Positions 51,470 through 62,915 of a DNA stretch of 64,000 nucleotides are shown piece by piece (positions within the stretch are counted from its first letter, which is position 1; the number at the start of each line of letters is the position of its first letter). This stretch comes from Chiloscyllium plagiosum (taxonomy: Eukaryota): the NCBI RefSeq assembly GCF_004010195.1, contig NC_057718.1, positions 59,569,622 to 59,633,621 of the forward strand, written 5' to 3'. A program made the position numbers and the translations under genes. Under the pieces are notes generated by a model. It was given only the letters and a program-made list of their open reading frames with translations. It did not search any database and was not told the origin of the DNA.

Positions 51470-52200
51470 TGATGGATGCTCCCATACTTGCCACTGAGTC
51501 CAGAGGCTCATCATCTGCATTGGTTCAGCTGGGGCCTGTTCTCTAGCAGTTCTCTGAACATCAGAGATCTCAGTTCTTTTCTCCTTCCCTAACTGCAGGC
51601 TTATGTCAATGCTATGCAGTGTTTGCCAGAATGGAACTCTGAAACTATTCTAGATAGATGACGCAACAAGGTGATTGTCTCTGATCTGGTGGAATACAGG
51701 AGAATGGCATCGATGGTGTACCCTCTGAAGTTCATAACTGTTCATCCTCAAAGGTTCAAGGGGCTGGTAGATATGTGCCAGGGGTTAGGTCGCTTCCCAT
51801 TGTTTTGTTCAGGCTTGGCAGTGGGATCTGGAAGCTGCAGAGAAAAACATGAATATAGTGTTGTAAGCTGCCAAGGAGACATTGAGAAATCCTCGAGAGT
51901 GACTGGAGGAGTTAATGATAAAGGAAATGGCAGGTGACTTTGAGAAATCCTTTGCCTCTCACTTTGGGATGAACACCTCACAATGTTCATTAAGACATCG
52001 GTTTTTGATATACAGCTGAAAGTTGCAGATTGGAGGCTTCCTCAGGCGGTGTCTACAGATATCGAATCTCCCCTTCAGTCCAGGTATGGTCTTCTTGCTC
52101 TCCTGGTCACTTGGCAGCTTGGTCCACAAAGGACCTCAGGAGTCTGAAGTCATGCTCTCAACCCTGACTGGCTGTTCTTTTGGATGTTCTTCTGCAGAAG
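51470..52200 (-). mobile_element. Possible Harbinger Myb-like gene fragment (opposite strand)
   Basis: Minus strand QRTAREQAPAEP../DDEPLDSVA and an acceptor-like TTTTTCTCTGCAG. Confidence 0.4.
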
Positions 52201-52642
52201 GAGAGAAGCCTTGAGAGATATTAATATGGGAGCATGATCTTTGGCCTGATAGATTCAGATGGAGATGTTAGCCCCCAGAGCTGTGATGGTGTGTTTCTGG
52301 TAAGAAGAATATAGTACTGGGGAGAGTTCCGAGCTCTGATGGAGAGTTACTGGATTTGAAACATTACCTCTGCTTTCTTCCCAGAGTTACCACCAGACTT
52401 GCTGAGTTTCACCAGCAACTTCTGTTTTTGTTGTCGTCTTGGAGAAGTTAGGTGATAAAAGTTTCTGAATAAAAGATGGTTCTACATTGTCAAAGAACTA
52501 CAGTTGATGAAAACCAATGAAGTGTTTTGTGATGTGTCCACCTAAGACACCTGTGAGGTGTTCATCCCAAAGTGAGGGGCAAAGGATTTCTCAAAGTCAC
52601 CTGCCATTTCCTTTATAATTAACTCTTCCATTCACTCTCAAG
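51892..52642. repeat. 91-bp inverted repeat (51892-51982 / 52552-52642)
   Basis: Arms are reverse-complementary with 5 mismatches in 91 bp by manual alignment. Confidence 0.92.
52331..52432 (+). mobile_element. Penelope pLTR fragment with degenerate hammerhead motif
   Basis: AGCT-CTGATGG-AGAGTTAC...ATTT-GAAAC-ATT-ACCT followed by CAGACTTGCTGAGTTTCACCAGCAACTTCTGTTTTTG. Confidence 0.6.
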
Positions 52643-52755
52643 AGTTTACATACTCTATTTACTTACTCATTTTCTTTCAAATACCTATAGAAGCTCTTTA
52701 TATTTCAAATTTCTTTCTCTGGATTAATGTTTACTGTTCTTTATATATTACAATA

Positions 52756-55000
52756 AAACCATAAGACATAGGAGCAGAATTAGATGGGTTGGCCCATGAA
52801 GACAGCTTCCTCATTCAATTATGATTGATATGCTTCTCAACCCTATTCTCCAGCCTTCGCCCTATATCCCTTGATCTCCTTGTTAATCAAGACTTATCTA
52901 CCACTGTCTTAAATACACTCTACAATTGGCCACCACTACCTTCTGCAGCAATGAGTTCCATAGATTCACCACCCTCTGACTAAAGAAATTCCTCTTCATC
53001 TCTGTTTTAAAGGGTTGTCCCTTCACTCTAATGCTGTGCCTTCAGGTCAGAGTCTCTCCTACAAATGAAAACATCTCCTCCATGTCCATTCTATTGAAGC
53101 CTTTCAGTATTTTGTAAGTTTTAATTAGATCCTTGTTCATCCTTCTAAACTTCATTGAATACAGACTCAGAGTCCTCAATCGCTTCTCACATAACAAACT
53201 CATCATTTCCAAGATTGTTCTTGTGAACGTCCTCAGGATTCCCTCCCATGTCAGCACATCCTTCCTCAGATATAAGGCCCAAAATTGCTCACAATATTCC
53301 AATTGCAGTCTGACCAGAGTCCTTATTCAACCTCAGTGGTACGTCCCTGCTCTCGTTTTCTAGCTCCCTCATAATAAAAGCTAACACTGCATTTGCCTTT
53401 CTAACTGCCAACTGCACCTGCATGTCAACCTTCAGAGGATCCACACTGTGTTCCATTTATTCCATTGTGCCACTTATTTGCTCAATCTCCTAACTGTCTA
53501 AGTCCTTCCCAGTTCCTCAACACTACCTGTCTCTCTCTACCTAACTTTGTGTATTTTCAAACTTAGTCACAATGCCCTTTGTTTCTTCATTCAAATCATT
53601 ACTATATAACATGAATAGTTGTAATCTCATTAGCAACCCCTGCAGAACTCCACTAGTTAGTAGCTGCCAATCTGAAAAAGACCATTTTATCCCCTCTTTC
53701 TGCTTTCTGCTTGTCAGCCAATCTTCTATCCATGCCAGTTCCAAATCCTTAACACGATGTGCCCTTGTCTTATTTAGCAGCCTCCTATGTGGCAACTTGT
53801 CAAAGGCTTTATGGAAATCCAAATAGATTATGTCCATGGGCCTTCCTTTGCCTAACTTGTTTGTTACCTCCTCAAAGAATTCTTACAGATTTATCAGGCA
53901 TGGCGTCCCCTTGATATAACTGTGCTGGTTTTACGAAACACTTCCAAGTCCTCCACAATTTAATTCATTATAATAGACTCTAAAATCTTACCAACAACCG
54001 AGATCAGGTTAATGATACATTTTCCCATCTTTTGTCTCCCTCTCTTCTTAAACAAGGGTGTCACGTTAACCATTTTCCAGTCTCTGGGACTCTCATGAAA
54101 GATCACCTCTACAATTTTCTTAGTTTTGTCCTTCAGAACACCTGATCCTAGTGATTTATCCACCTCCAGACTTTAAAGCTTTCCCAGTATCTTCCCATTA
54201 GTAATGACCACTATATTCACCACTTTTCCCAACTCTCTTGAAGCTCTTGGTTTCTGCTGGTGTCTTCCATTCTGAAGACTGATGCAAAGTACCTATTCAG
54301 TTCCTCCACCATTTTTTTCTTCCCCATTACAACTTCTCTAGCTTAATTTTCCAGTGGTCCATGATGCACTCTTACCATTTAGATATGAAAAAAAACTCTT
54401 GCAATCTTCTTTTATATTAGTAGCTTCCTTACTTTCATATTTCGTCTCTCCCCACTTATTGGTGTTTTTAGTTGTCCTCAGCTGGTTTTTAAAGGCTTCC
54501 CACTAATCTTCAACACATTGTATGTTTTTTCTTTTATTCTTTTTTCCTGTCCTGGCTTCCCTTGTCAGCCATGGATGCCTCATCCTCTCCTTAGTATGCT
54601 TCTTCTTTCTTGGGAGGAGTTTCTGTTTGGCCTCCCGAGTTACCCCAGAAACTCCTGCCATTGTTGCTCCAACATCTTCCCTGCTGGGATCCACTGCCAA
54701 TCAATACTGTTACATCTGATTTCAGCTTCTTCCTCTCAAACTCCAGAGTGAATTCCATCTTATTGTGGTCACTACACCTTAAGCTCCCTCATTAAAAATG
54801 CACAATTGCTTGTTGCCTAGTGGGCTCTATGACAAGCCACTCTGAGAAAACCATCTTGTAAACATTCCACAAATCCCTTTTCTTGGGATCTGTTTCCAAC
54901 TTGACTTTTTCAGGCCACCTGCATATTGAAGTCGTCCATTGTTATTTGTAATCATGTCTTTCTTACATGCCTTTTCTATCTCCTAATTTCTATTCAATCA
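52756..55000 (-). mobile_element. CR1 LINE ORF2 (degenerate) plus 3' UTR
   Basis: DIIYLDFHKAFDKLPHRRLL, DWKMVNVTPLFKK, EYCEQFWALYLRKD, HPWLTRE. Confidence 0.92.
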
Positions 55001-55284
55001 TCTGACCTACTAATTCTGTGCAATGCTTTTTCCATAAGTTTGATACTTCCTTTAAATTCTTTAGCTCAACACAGATGGTGGACATTTCCACTGGAATTTC
55101 TCCTTATAGTAGGAACAGCCTTCTTTGTGTAGGCCCATTTGGCTCTCCTTACTTAATTTTAAAATAATTTGTTTTAAAGCTACTCAATAAAACTATTAAA
55201 GCTTCTAAAGTTTTATAATTCTACCTTTCAATTAGATGCAGAACTCAATCTTTAATTCTTTGTATTAGTCACTAGTAAAGCAAT

Positions 55285-55410
55285 AAAAGGTTATGGGGAA
55301 AAGGTAGGAAAATGGGATTGAGAAACATATCAGCCATGATCAAATGATGGAACAGACCCAATGGACCGACTGGCCGAATTCTACATTTACATCTTCTGGT
55401 ATTATGATTG
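55285..55410 (+). mobile_element. CR1 3' UTR fragment
   Basis: AAAGGTTATGGGGAAAAGG...ATCAGCCATGATCAAATG...ATGGACCGACTGGCC. Confidence 0.75.
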
Positions 55411-55580
55411 CATTGGTTCACCTTTCATTTTTAATTTTTGTCTTTAGGGTTTAGACTATTGTTATTGGTCAATAAATATGTCTTTACTGTTGTTCTACCA
55501 TCCATGTTTTTTGTATTTTCCAAATGCATCATAGCCAACTTGCCCCTTGTGTCTTCAAATTTGTCTTGTCCAGATTAGCT

Positions 55581-55661
55581 ACATTAGCTATCCAAACTAT
55601 TAGTCATACATTAGCTATCCAAACTATTAGTCATACATTAGCTATCCAAACTATTAGTCAT
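55581..55661 (+). repeat. Three perfect tandem copies of a 27-bp unit
   Basis: ACATTAGCTATCCAAACTATTAGTCAT at 55581, 55608 and 55635, with no spacers. Confidence 0.97.
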
Positions 55662-55874
55662 AATTGTAATTACTCACCACTCTGCTTCTTCACTTGTACT
55701 CAAGCAAGAACCTTCCCTCTGAGCTTTCATCGTTCAGTCTGGTTCACTTGTTCAGTATAAGGCTGACATCTATTATGTGTACCCTTCCTCAGTTTCATCA
55801 CACCTTTGATTTCTTGTGGCATTCAAGGAACTCAGTTTTGCTTGTATTATCAACTCCGTGCTCCCACTGCACGC

Positions 55875-55876
<2 letters not shown>

Positions 55877-55912
<36 letters not shown>
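55877..55912 (+). repeat. Poly-C tract next to an assembly gap
   Basis: About 36 C residues, then AC and the N run. Confidence 0.9.
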
Positions 55913-58179
55913 ACNNNNNNNNNNNNNNNNNNNNNNNNNNNNNNNNNNNNNNNNNNNNNNNNNNNNNNNNNNNNNNNNNNNNNNATCCTCCCAAAGCAAA
56001 AGCCCCGTGGCAACATATTTTTATTGTATTTATACTATATTCTTCTTAAAGACAGCCCAAAGTTCAATTGCAAATTTTCCAGTGAATACCAATAGCACTG
56101 TTAGGATGGCCTTACCTTTTGTAAATTCATATTCAGTTATATATATTTATGAAGGGGGTTAGGTGATTTGTTAAGGTCAAAATTGGCAACATTGGTGTCA
56201 AATCAACATTAGACATTGAGTGTCATCACAATTTGTCTGCTCTGCACACATCCGATGCACATCCAACACCTACACTATGGCGCTCATCAAAATGGCTTCC
56301 CTGGAACAGTGAGTGCTTGTGTGAGAGGCAAAGAAAACATTTTGCAACCAATATACAGACACGACAGAGCTGAACTTTGTGGCCATGAGTCTTTCCACTT
56401 GACAGGATTAGTTCAGCCAATTTATTTGCATGAAATTCCTACTTTTTTAAAAAAAGTTTTTGTGACGATAAGACCTGGAATAGATTTTCCTATTCTTACA
56501 CCTAGACTGATTGAATTGCCTGACACATAAGGCGCAGAACAGTGAGGCTAGGAGGAGAGCAGGTTTAGGCAGAAAATATCCTCAGCTTCTTTGTAAGAAA
56601 GTGATCGACAGATGGAGGCAGATATTCCTATTTATGTGCCACTGGAGCTCTTAGAGGGTTTTTTTAGATTAGATTAGATTAGATTACATTACATTTTATG
56701 CAGATAATAATCAGATAGGAAGGAACACGCCTGAGTTTTCATTTATTTATGATGAGTCTTAATGAATTTCCTGAAAATGGACTCATGTATTTCAGTTGAG
56801 TCCCTAGACCACCAATAAGGGTTGATGAATTTAGTGCATGCAAACCGAGCTTGGCTTCGCTCTATTAAATTCATTTTCAATGCACCAACCTTTTGTCTAT
56901 AAACAGGTAAGCTGATTTTTAAATTTATGTCTGAAATACTTTGACATCAAGCATGTGGGTCTAAGATATTCAATGTGAGAGACTGATGGTACTTGCTCAA
57001 GATTATTTTAATTTACTTACTGAATTTGACTCACCAAAGTTTATCCTGAGAATCGCTTCATTCCGATTTGTATCAACACTGATGGATGTGATTGTAAAAT
57101 ATTGTCATATAAAATTGTAAAATTTTATTCTCGTACCTTGTACTACTGGAGATTACCTTTTGCCATTTATGGATTATTTTTAAAAGAACAGAAATGATGT
57201 GCATGACCGTGGAGGTGGAGAGAGGTGAAAGTAATAACAACGTTAATTGTTCTGTATTCTCCAATCAAGTGATGAGGGGAAGACTGTTTTCCTCTGTTCC
57301 AATCCTTGTTTGGCTACAGGAGGTGATGGAATTCTTAAAAGAACACAGGATTTTCAGTTTAGTACATATTTGTATACAGTCTTGGAAGAAATAAGTCAAA
57401 CAAGTGCCGTAGAATTAAACATGCAAAGGATTATTGCTAAAACCCATTCAGGTAAAAATATTAAAAATGCATAAATGCATCTTATTTCCCATTGTGTACA
57501 AATAAATATATGTGCAAAAAGGAAATACAACTTTAAAGAGTATTACATGTCGAGATTTATCAAATATGATGCAAATAATAGTGAATGCAATGAAGTTTGC
57601 AGATTGTGCCCAGACACTGGTTCTTCATTAATGCAGATTCTTTTCACTCATGGTGAGTAGATTCCCTTTTCTCCTGGAACGACTGCTTTGAAAATCGTTT
57701 GGCTTTTTTTTGCTGCAGGGATGTAGACTTGAATTTCTTAGCAAAACAGGGTGCAGATTTAGATGAAATGTTGTGAAGTGTGGTGGGATGGAGAAGGGGT
57801 TGAGGACTGGTGGTGGCAAAAGAACCACTCTGCTGCTTCTAGCATCAACATCGGTCTGTAAGTTCAAAGGCAGCATTCACACATATGAAGTGCTGGATCA
57901 CATAACTGCTCTCTAACTTAGTCACCAGCAGTTTGAAGATGTTAGGTGTGAGTGCTTAATGAACACTTGTTTGTTCATATCAAGGGCTTCAGCAATCTTC
58001 CTTTTCAGCCAAGTGATTAATTTCAAAATGTGACAGGCGTTAAATCCTGAATGTTCCATTCTCTACCTTGAGAAGATAGGAAGGAGTTACTCACAACCCC
58101 AAGAGTGAAACTGTCTCTGTTCGAGTCTCTATAGGCTCTATGGCTTCATGGAATAGAGTTTGGCTTACTTAAATTGCAG

Positions 58180-58307
58180 GAGAAAGTGAGGACTGCAGAT
58201 GCTGGCGATCAGAGCTGAAAATGTGTTGCTGGAAAAACGCAGCAGGTCAGGCAGCATCCAAGGAACAGGAGAATCGACGCTTTGGGCATGAGCCCTTCTT
58301 CAGGAAT
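58180..58307 (-). mobile_element. Short pLTR/hammerhead-like element
   Basis: Minus strand ATTC-CTGAAGA-AGGGC-TCAT-GCCC-AAAGC-GTC...CTCACTTTCTC; TSD CTTAAATTGCAG at 58168-58179 and 58308-58319. Confidence 0.92.
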
Positions 58308-60124
58308 CTTAAATTGCAGCCAACATTCTTTGTTTCATTTTAAAAGAACTGCCTTTTAACAAAGACTAACAACTTAATATTTGATAGAACACATTTTTGT
58401 AACACCACACAGGTCAATTAATATTGCCATTAAAGCCATTCAATAACATGTTTGTGATAGTTAATTATATTCAGTGTTAAACAATAAATACATCAATTAT
58501 TTATTACTGTTTATGTCTGTGATAGATACCTGCAAATATTCAGTTACCCTGGGTTAAAAATTGTGTGTGATTCGTAAAATGCAAGAATACAATTTATCAT
58601 ATATTTGCTACTTCCTTGCATTGCAACTGTAGAGATTCAAAATAAATTTACACCTTTCCAGTTGTCCTCGCTTCCAGACCTGTTTGAATTGACCAGTTTA
58701 GAATAACCATCAGAGTGTTACATTGACTGATAATTTATTGCTAAAAGAACACAATGCACCAGTACAAGTCATTATTCACTCATACTGGCAAGCAAAGCAA
58801 AATGCGAAATAGCAGCTGCTATCAGTGACTGATTCAAACGTCGAGACAAATGGCATTTGGTACGGCACATTTGAGTTTGGCTGCTTTTGAATTGTTGCTG
58901 ACATATGCAAATATTTCCTCACAAAGGTGTATATTTATATCTCCGGGATGCCCTTGTAAGGTAGTTACCTGATGCTGGTGTTTAGATGGAATATTTAATA
59001 AATTGACAATCCTGTATTACTATGACAGCTTTGCAACAAATTGTCTTTCACTTTCAAGAGCTGATAACAAAGCATTTAAATTTAAAAATTTCTATCTGTC
59101 TTTCTACAATTTATATAAAGTAAAGACAGTCTATATATAAAGTTTATATGTCAAAATAAGCATTTAATTATTTACAGTACCTCTGCAAGATAGAAACCTT
59201 ATAAAATCAAGTGATGTGAACTTGGGAAAATGAGGGCAACATTTTGCGGAGTTAGGCGAAATGTGGAACTTTCACAGTAAAGATCCTAACAAAGCCTGCA
59301 GAAGAACCTTTGGTTTTGTAGAAATAGAAGATTTAATCACTCAGTCCTGGTCAGGAAACTAGCCTGAGATCCAACACTACACTGCATTTAACTCAGTTAC
59401 TCATTGCTATCTTTCTTCAATTGTTAAAGCCCCAGTTGAATGGAGAGCTTGACGCCCAATTATTGATGCAGAACTCGACGGTAGGAAGCCACTCCCAGTG
59501 CATGATTGTCAAAGTCAGGCACAACCGTGAAGGATCATGCTGCTATCTTGCAGAAGAGAGGGCAGGACATCAGAGAGTGAGCATCCTCACTGTGCAGACA
59601 ACCACCAGATGGCCAACTAAAAGGTACTGCATCTGATCTCACACAAAAACTCCAAGTGGCTAAAACTTTCCACCAGCAAAAGAATTGCCTAACTATTCCA
59701 CCCAAAAACTGTGTGCTAAAATGCAACTGTCTGTTTGCCTTTGGCAATTTGTAAATTAAAATTTACTTTCTGACTTCCTGGACTAATTGACAAACTCCAC
59801 AAGGAACTCAACAGAAAACTAACTAGAGGGAACAGCTTTCTGACTGCCCCATCTAATGCTGGAAGGAAGTGATTTGTAAAAATACGTTGAAATGAGAGGG
59901 AACTAAAAACAGAATCAATTTGAGAATAAATATTGTTCTCAAACTGGAGGCCAGCATAGAACTGGTTAATGCACCATCAAATTTGACAGGACATCTCCAC
60001 CTTCCAAGTATGCTGACTTAACGGTGAGGAAAGAGAGAGCAGCATCCTTCTGTTGGTACTACGCATCATGAGTGATCAAGATTTAAATGCAACAGTGGTA
60101 ATGCACATGACACACAAATATTGG

Positions 60125-60600
60125 AATTTGATTTGATTTGATTTATTGTAGTCATGTGTAACAAAGTACAGTGAAAAACTTTGTTTTGCGTGCAGTGCAG
60201 GCAGATCTTAGCAAACACGGACAAGGACAAACAAGGACATACAGGTCATAGACTGCTGGACAGAGTAGGGCATTCAGGTTACAACTGCTTGTCAATTAGT
60301 CCAGGAAGTTAGGTGGGCAAAGCAATATCAACATTAGCAAAATTGATGTTATTTGAAGTTAGAGAATATATTCAGCAGTCTAACAACAGCAGAGAAGAAG
60401 CTGTTCTTGAACCTATTGGTGCATGTGTTCAAGCTTCTATATCTTCTGCTTGACAGAGGAGGTTGGAAGAGAGTATTACCAGGATGGGAGGGGTCTGTGA
60501 TGGTAATGGCAGCCTTTCCACAGCAACGAGAAGTGTAAATGGAGTCCATGGATAGGAAGTTGGCTTCTGTGATGTTCTATGCTATGCACTTAACTTGCTG
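60125..60600 (-). mobile_element. Rex1/Babar LINE 3' end
   Basis: ITDPSHPGNTLFQPPLSSRRYRSLNTCTNRFKNSFFSAVVRLLN, the characteristic Rex1 C-terminus; tail TTTTTCACTGTAC...CAATAAATCAAATCAAATC. Confidence 0.9.
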
Positions 60601-60695
60601 TAATTTTGGATCCTAATCATATACGAGGAGCTGTTTCAAATATATTTATTAGTTTTCTGTCTGTTCCCTGACAAGACCACTGGCTGTCTAAATTA

Positions 60696-60939
60696 TAGAA
60701 TAGAATAGAATTCCTACTGTGTTGAAACAGGCTACTCAGCCCCTCAAGTCCATATCAACCCTCTGAAGAACATCCCACCCAGATTCACCACCCTACCCGG
60801 TACTTCCCAAAGCTAATCCAGCTAACATCTTTGGACTGTGGGAAGAAGCTGGAAATCCACACAAACACAGGGTGGAATCAAAATTGGGTCCCTGACGCTG
60901 TAAGGCAGAGGTGCTAACCACAGAGCCACTAAGCCGCCC
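60696..60939 (-). mobile_element. HE1-type SINE (deleted, diverged)
   Basis: Minus strand GGGCGGCTTAGTGGCTCTGTGGTTAGCAC head and (ATTCT)n tail. Confidence 0.82.
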
Positions 60940-61274
60940 GAGTCTAGCTTGAAAATTATAGTAAAATGTCTCCCTGGTGGAAACTCAGCAAGTTTGTTTT
61001 CTTGTCTTTTAATCCATTTGCACTTAAAAGTGGATGGGTTCCTCACAAATCCAAAAAGCAGCCTGCTAACTCAAAGCATCACCTCACTTTAATCACATAT
61101 CTTCCTGCTAACCAGGCAGCACTGACTTCCAATTGTCTCAGTTAACTGACTTGAGGATCATCAGCTTTGACTTCAAGTTCTTTTATGGCCTGATTTATTC
61201 TTTCTGATCAATTGTAAGTAGCATATTTTACTTGACCAAATATATGTCACCTTCCCCTACCATCAACCTCAACT

Positions 61275-61370
61275 TTCTGGATTAGTGGTGCTGGAAGAGC
61301 ACAGCAGTTCAGGCAGCATCCGAGGAGCAGTAAAATTGACGTTTCGGGCAAAAGCCCTTCATCGGGAATA
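61275..61370 (-). mobile_element. Short pLTR/hammerhead-like element (96 bp)
   Basis: Minus strand ATTC-CCGATGA-AGGGC-TTTT-GCCC-GAAAC-GTC; TSD AACCTCAACT at 61265-61274 and 61371-61380. Confidence 0.92.
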
Positions 61371-62349
61371 AACCTCAACTCCCTATTTCTGTTCTCTTGG
61401 CCTGCCAGCTCTGAAATAAGTAGATTTCCTTGATTGTGTTGAATTGTTTTGAAAGATACTTTAATTAGGTAATACAGTACAATTCTGTGATTGAAGTGTT
61501 AGCAGAAAGACATTAGTAACAGAGACCGTCATTTCATATATTTGAGCACAGTAGAGCTGATTGCAGAACAATGGAAGTCACTGGAATGCCAAGGGACAGC
61601 TTGTAGATTTTCCACAGCCTGGTGCAGCTTCAAAAAATCCTTGTACAACATTGGTACCTGACACTGCTTTCAAATTTGTGCATAAAGGGAGGCATTTCTA
61701 GACAATAACATTATATGACTGACAATTCTGTGAGCCAGAGAAGTTTTGCTGAAAATCTGAAATAAAAAACAGAAAATGTTGGAAACAGTTCCAACAGAAT
61801 ATAAGAAGACAGAAAATGAGTTAGCATGTCGGATAATTGTGCGTTTGTCACTTTTTGCCACTTAGAGCATAGAGAGAAAAATATTGAGATGGATACCTCA
61901 ATCTTTGTGTCCATCAGGATAAATGCAGGTATTTTCAGAAAATGAGAGCAATTTATGTACAGGAGAAAATAAACTGATTGGCTAGCAAGTTGATACTGAT
62001 TCGCTGAGGCATTTCCATGGAGAAAACAGTGGGGAAATTTGGGTTCAAACCTTCCAGATCATTTAGAAAGGAGTAAGACTTGAACTTACTCATTTTGTTT
62101 GCAGATAATATGGCCCTCTGTATGAATGTACATCACTTCCAGTAAACATAAATGATATTCTATTCTAAACGATCTATGTTACAAGCCTGATTGATTGTCT
62201 TAAATTGTTTTTTAGTGTTGGGTATAGCACACTCAGGACTGTACAACAGGGGCTGGCCAAACTCAAAATCATATCTAACAGTGAACATTTTGGATTTTAT
62301 ATCCCCTGGCTACTTGAATCTGGTTTGTACTAGACCTATTATTAACAAT

Positions 62350-62915
62350 TATAGAACCATAAAAATGATACATCACCAAAGGGAACATTTGGCCAATCTT
62401 TTCCACGCCAATACAAAGACACTCAGATGCTCTTTCTAATTCCATCTTCTTGCATACAGCCTATAGCCCTGCAACTTACAGCACTTAAAGCGCAGATCCA
62501 GGTACTTGTTAAAAGATTTGGTGTCTCTGCCCCCACCGTCAATTCAGGCAGCAAATTTCAGACACCCACAACCCACTGTTTAAAAAATGTTTTTCCTCAT
62601 GTCCCCTTTAATCCTTCTGCCACTTAGCTTCAATCTATGACCCCTGGCTTTTGCATTCTCTGGCAAGGGAAACAGGTTCCTCCTGTCTACTCTTTCTCTG
62701 CCCCTCACAATTTTGTGAACCTCAATCATGCTTCCCCCAACCCCCAACACCGCTCCCCCTCCAGCCTTCTCTGTTCCAACGAATACAATCCTAACCTCTC
62801 CGATCTCTCTTCACAGCTATTATTCTCCAGCCCTGGCAATATTCTAATTATAATTTCTCTGTGCTCTGTCAACACAATTATATCCTTCCTGTAGTATGCT
62901 GACTTGAACTGCAAA
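62350..62915 (-). mobile_element. CR1 3' fragment (old)
   Basis: YYRKDII..EERSERLGLYSLEQRRL on the minus strand. Confidence 0.82.

Noticed and set aside
55581..55661. Possible CRISPR array
   Set aside because: Repeats are directly adjacent with no spacers, there are no cas genes, and the context is vertebrate
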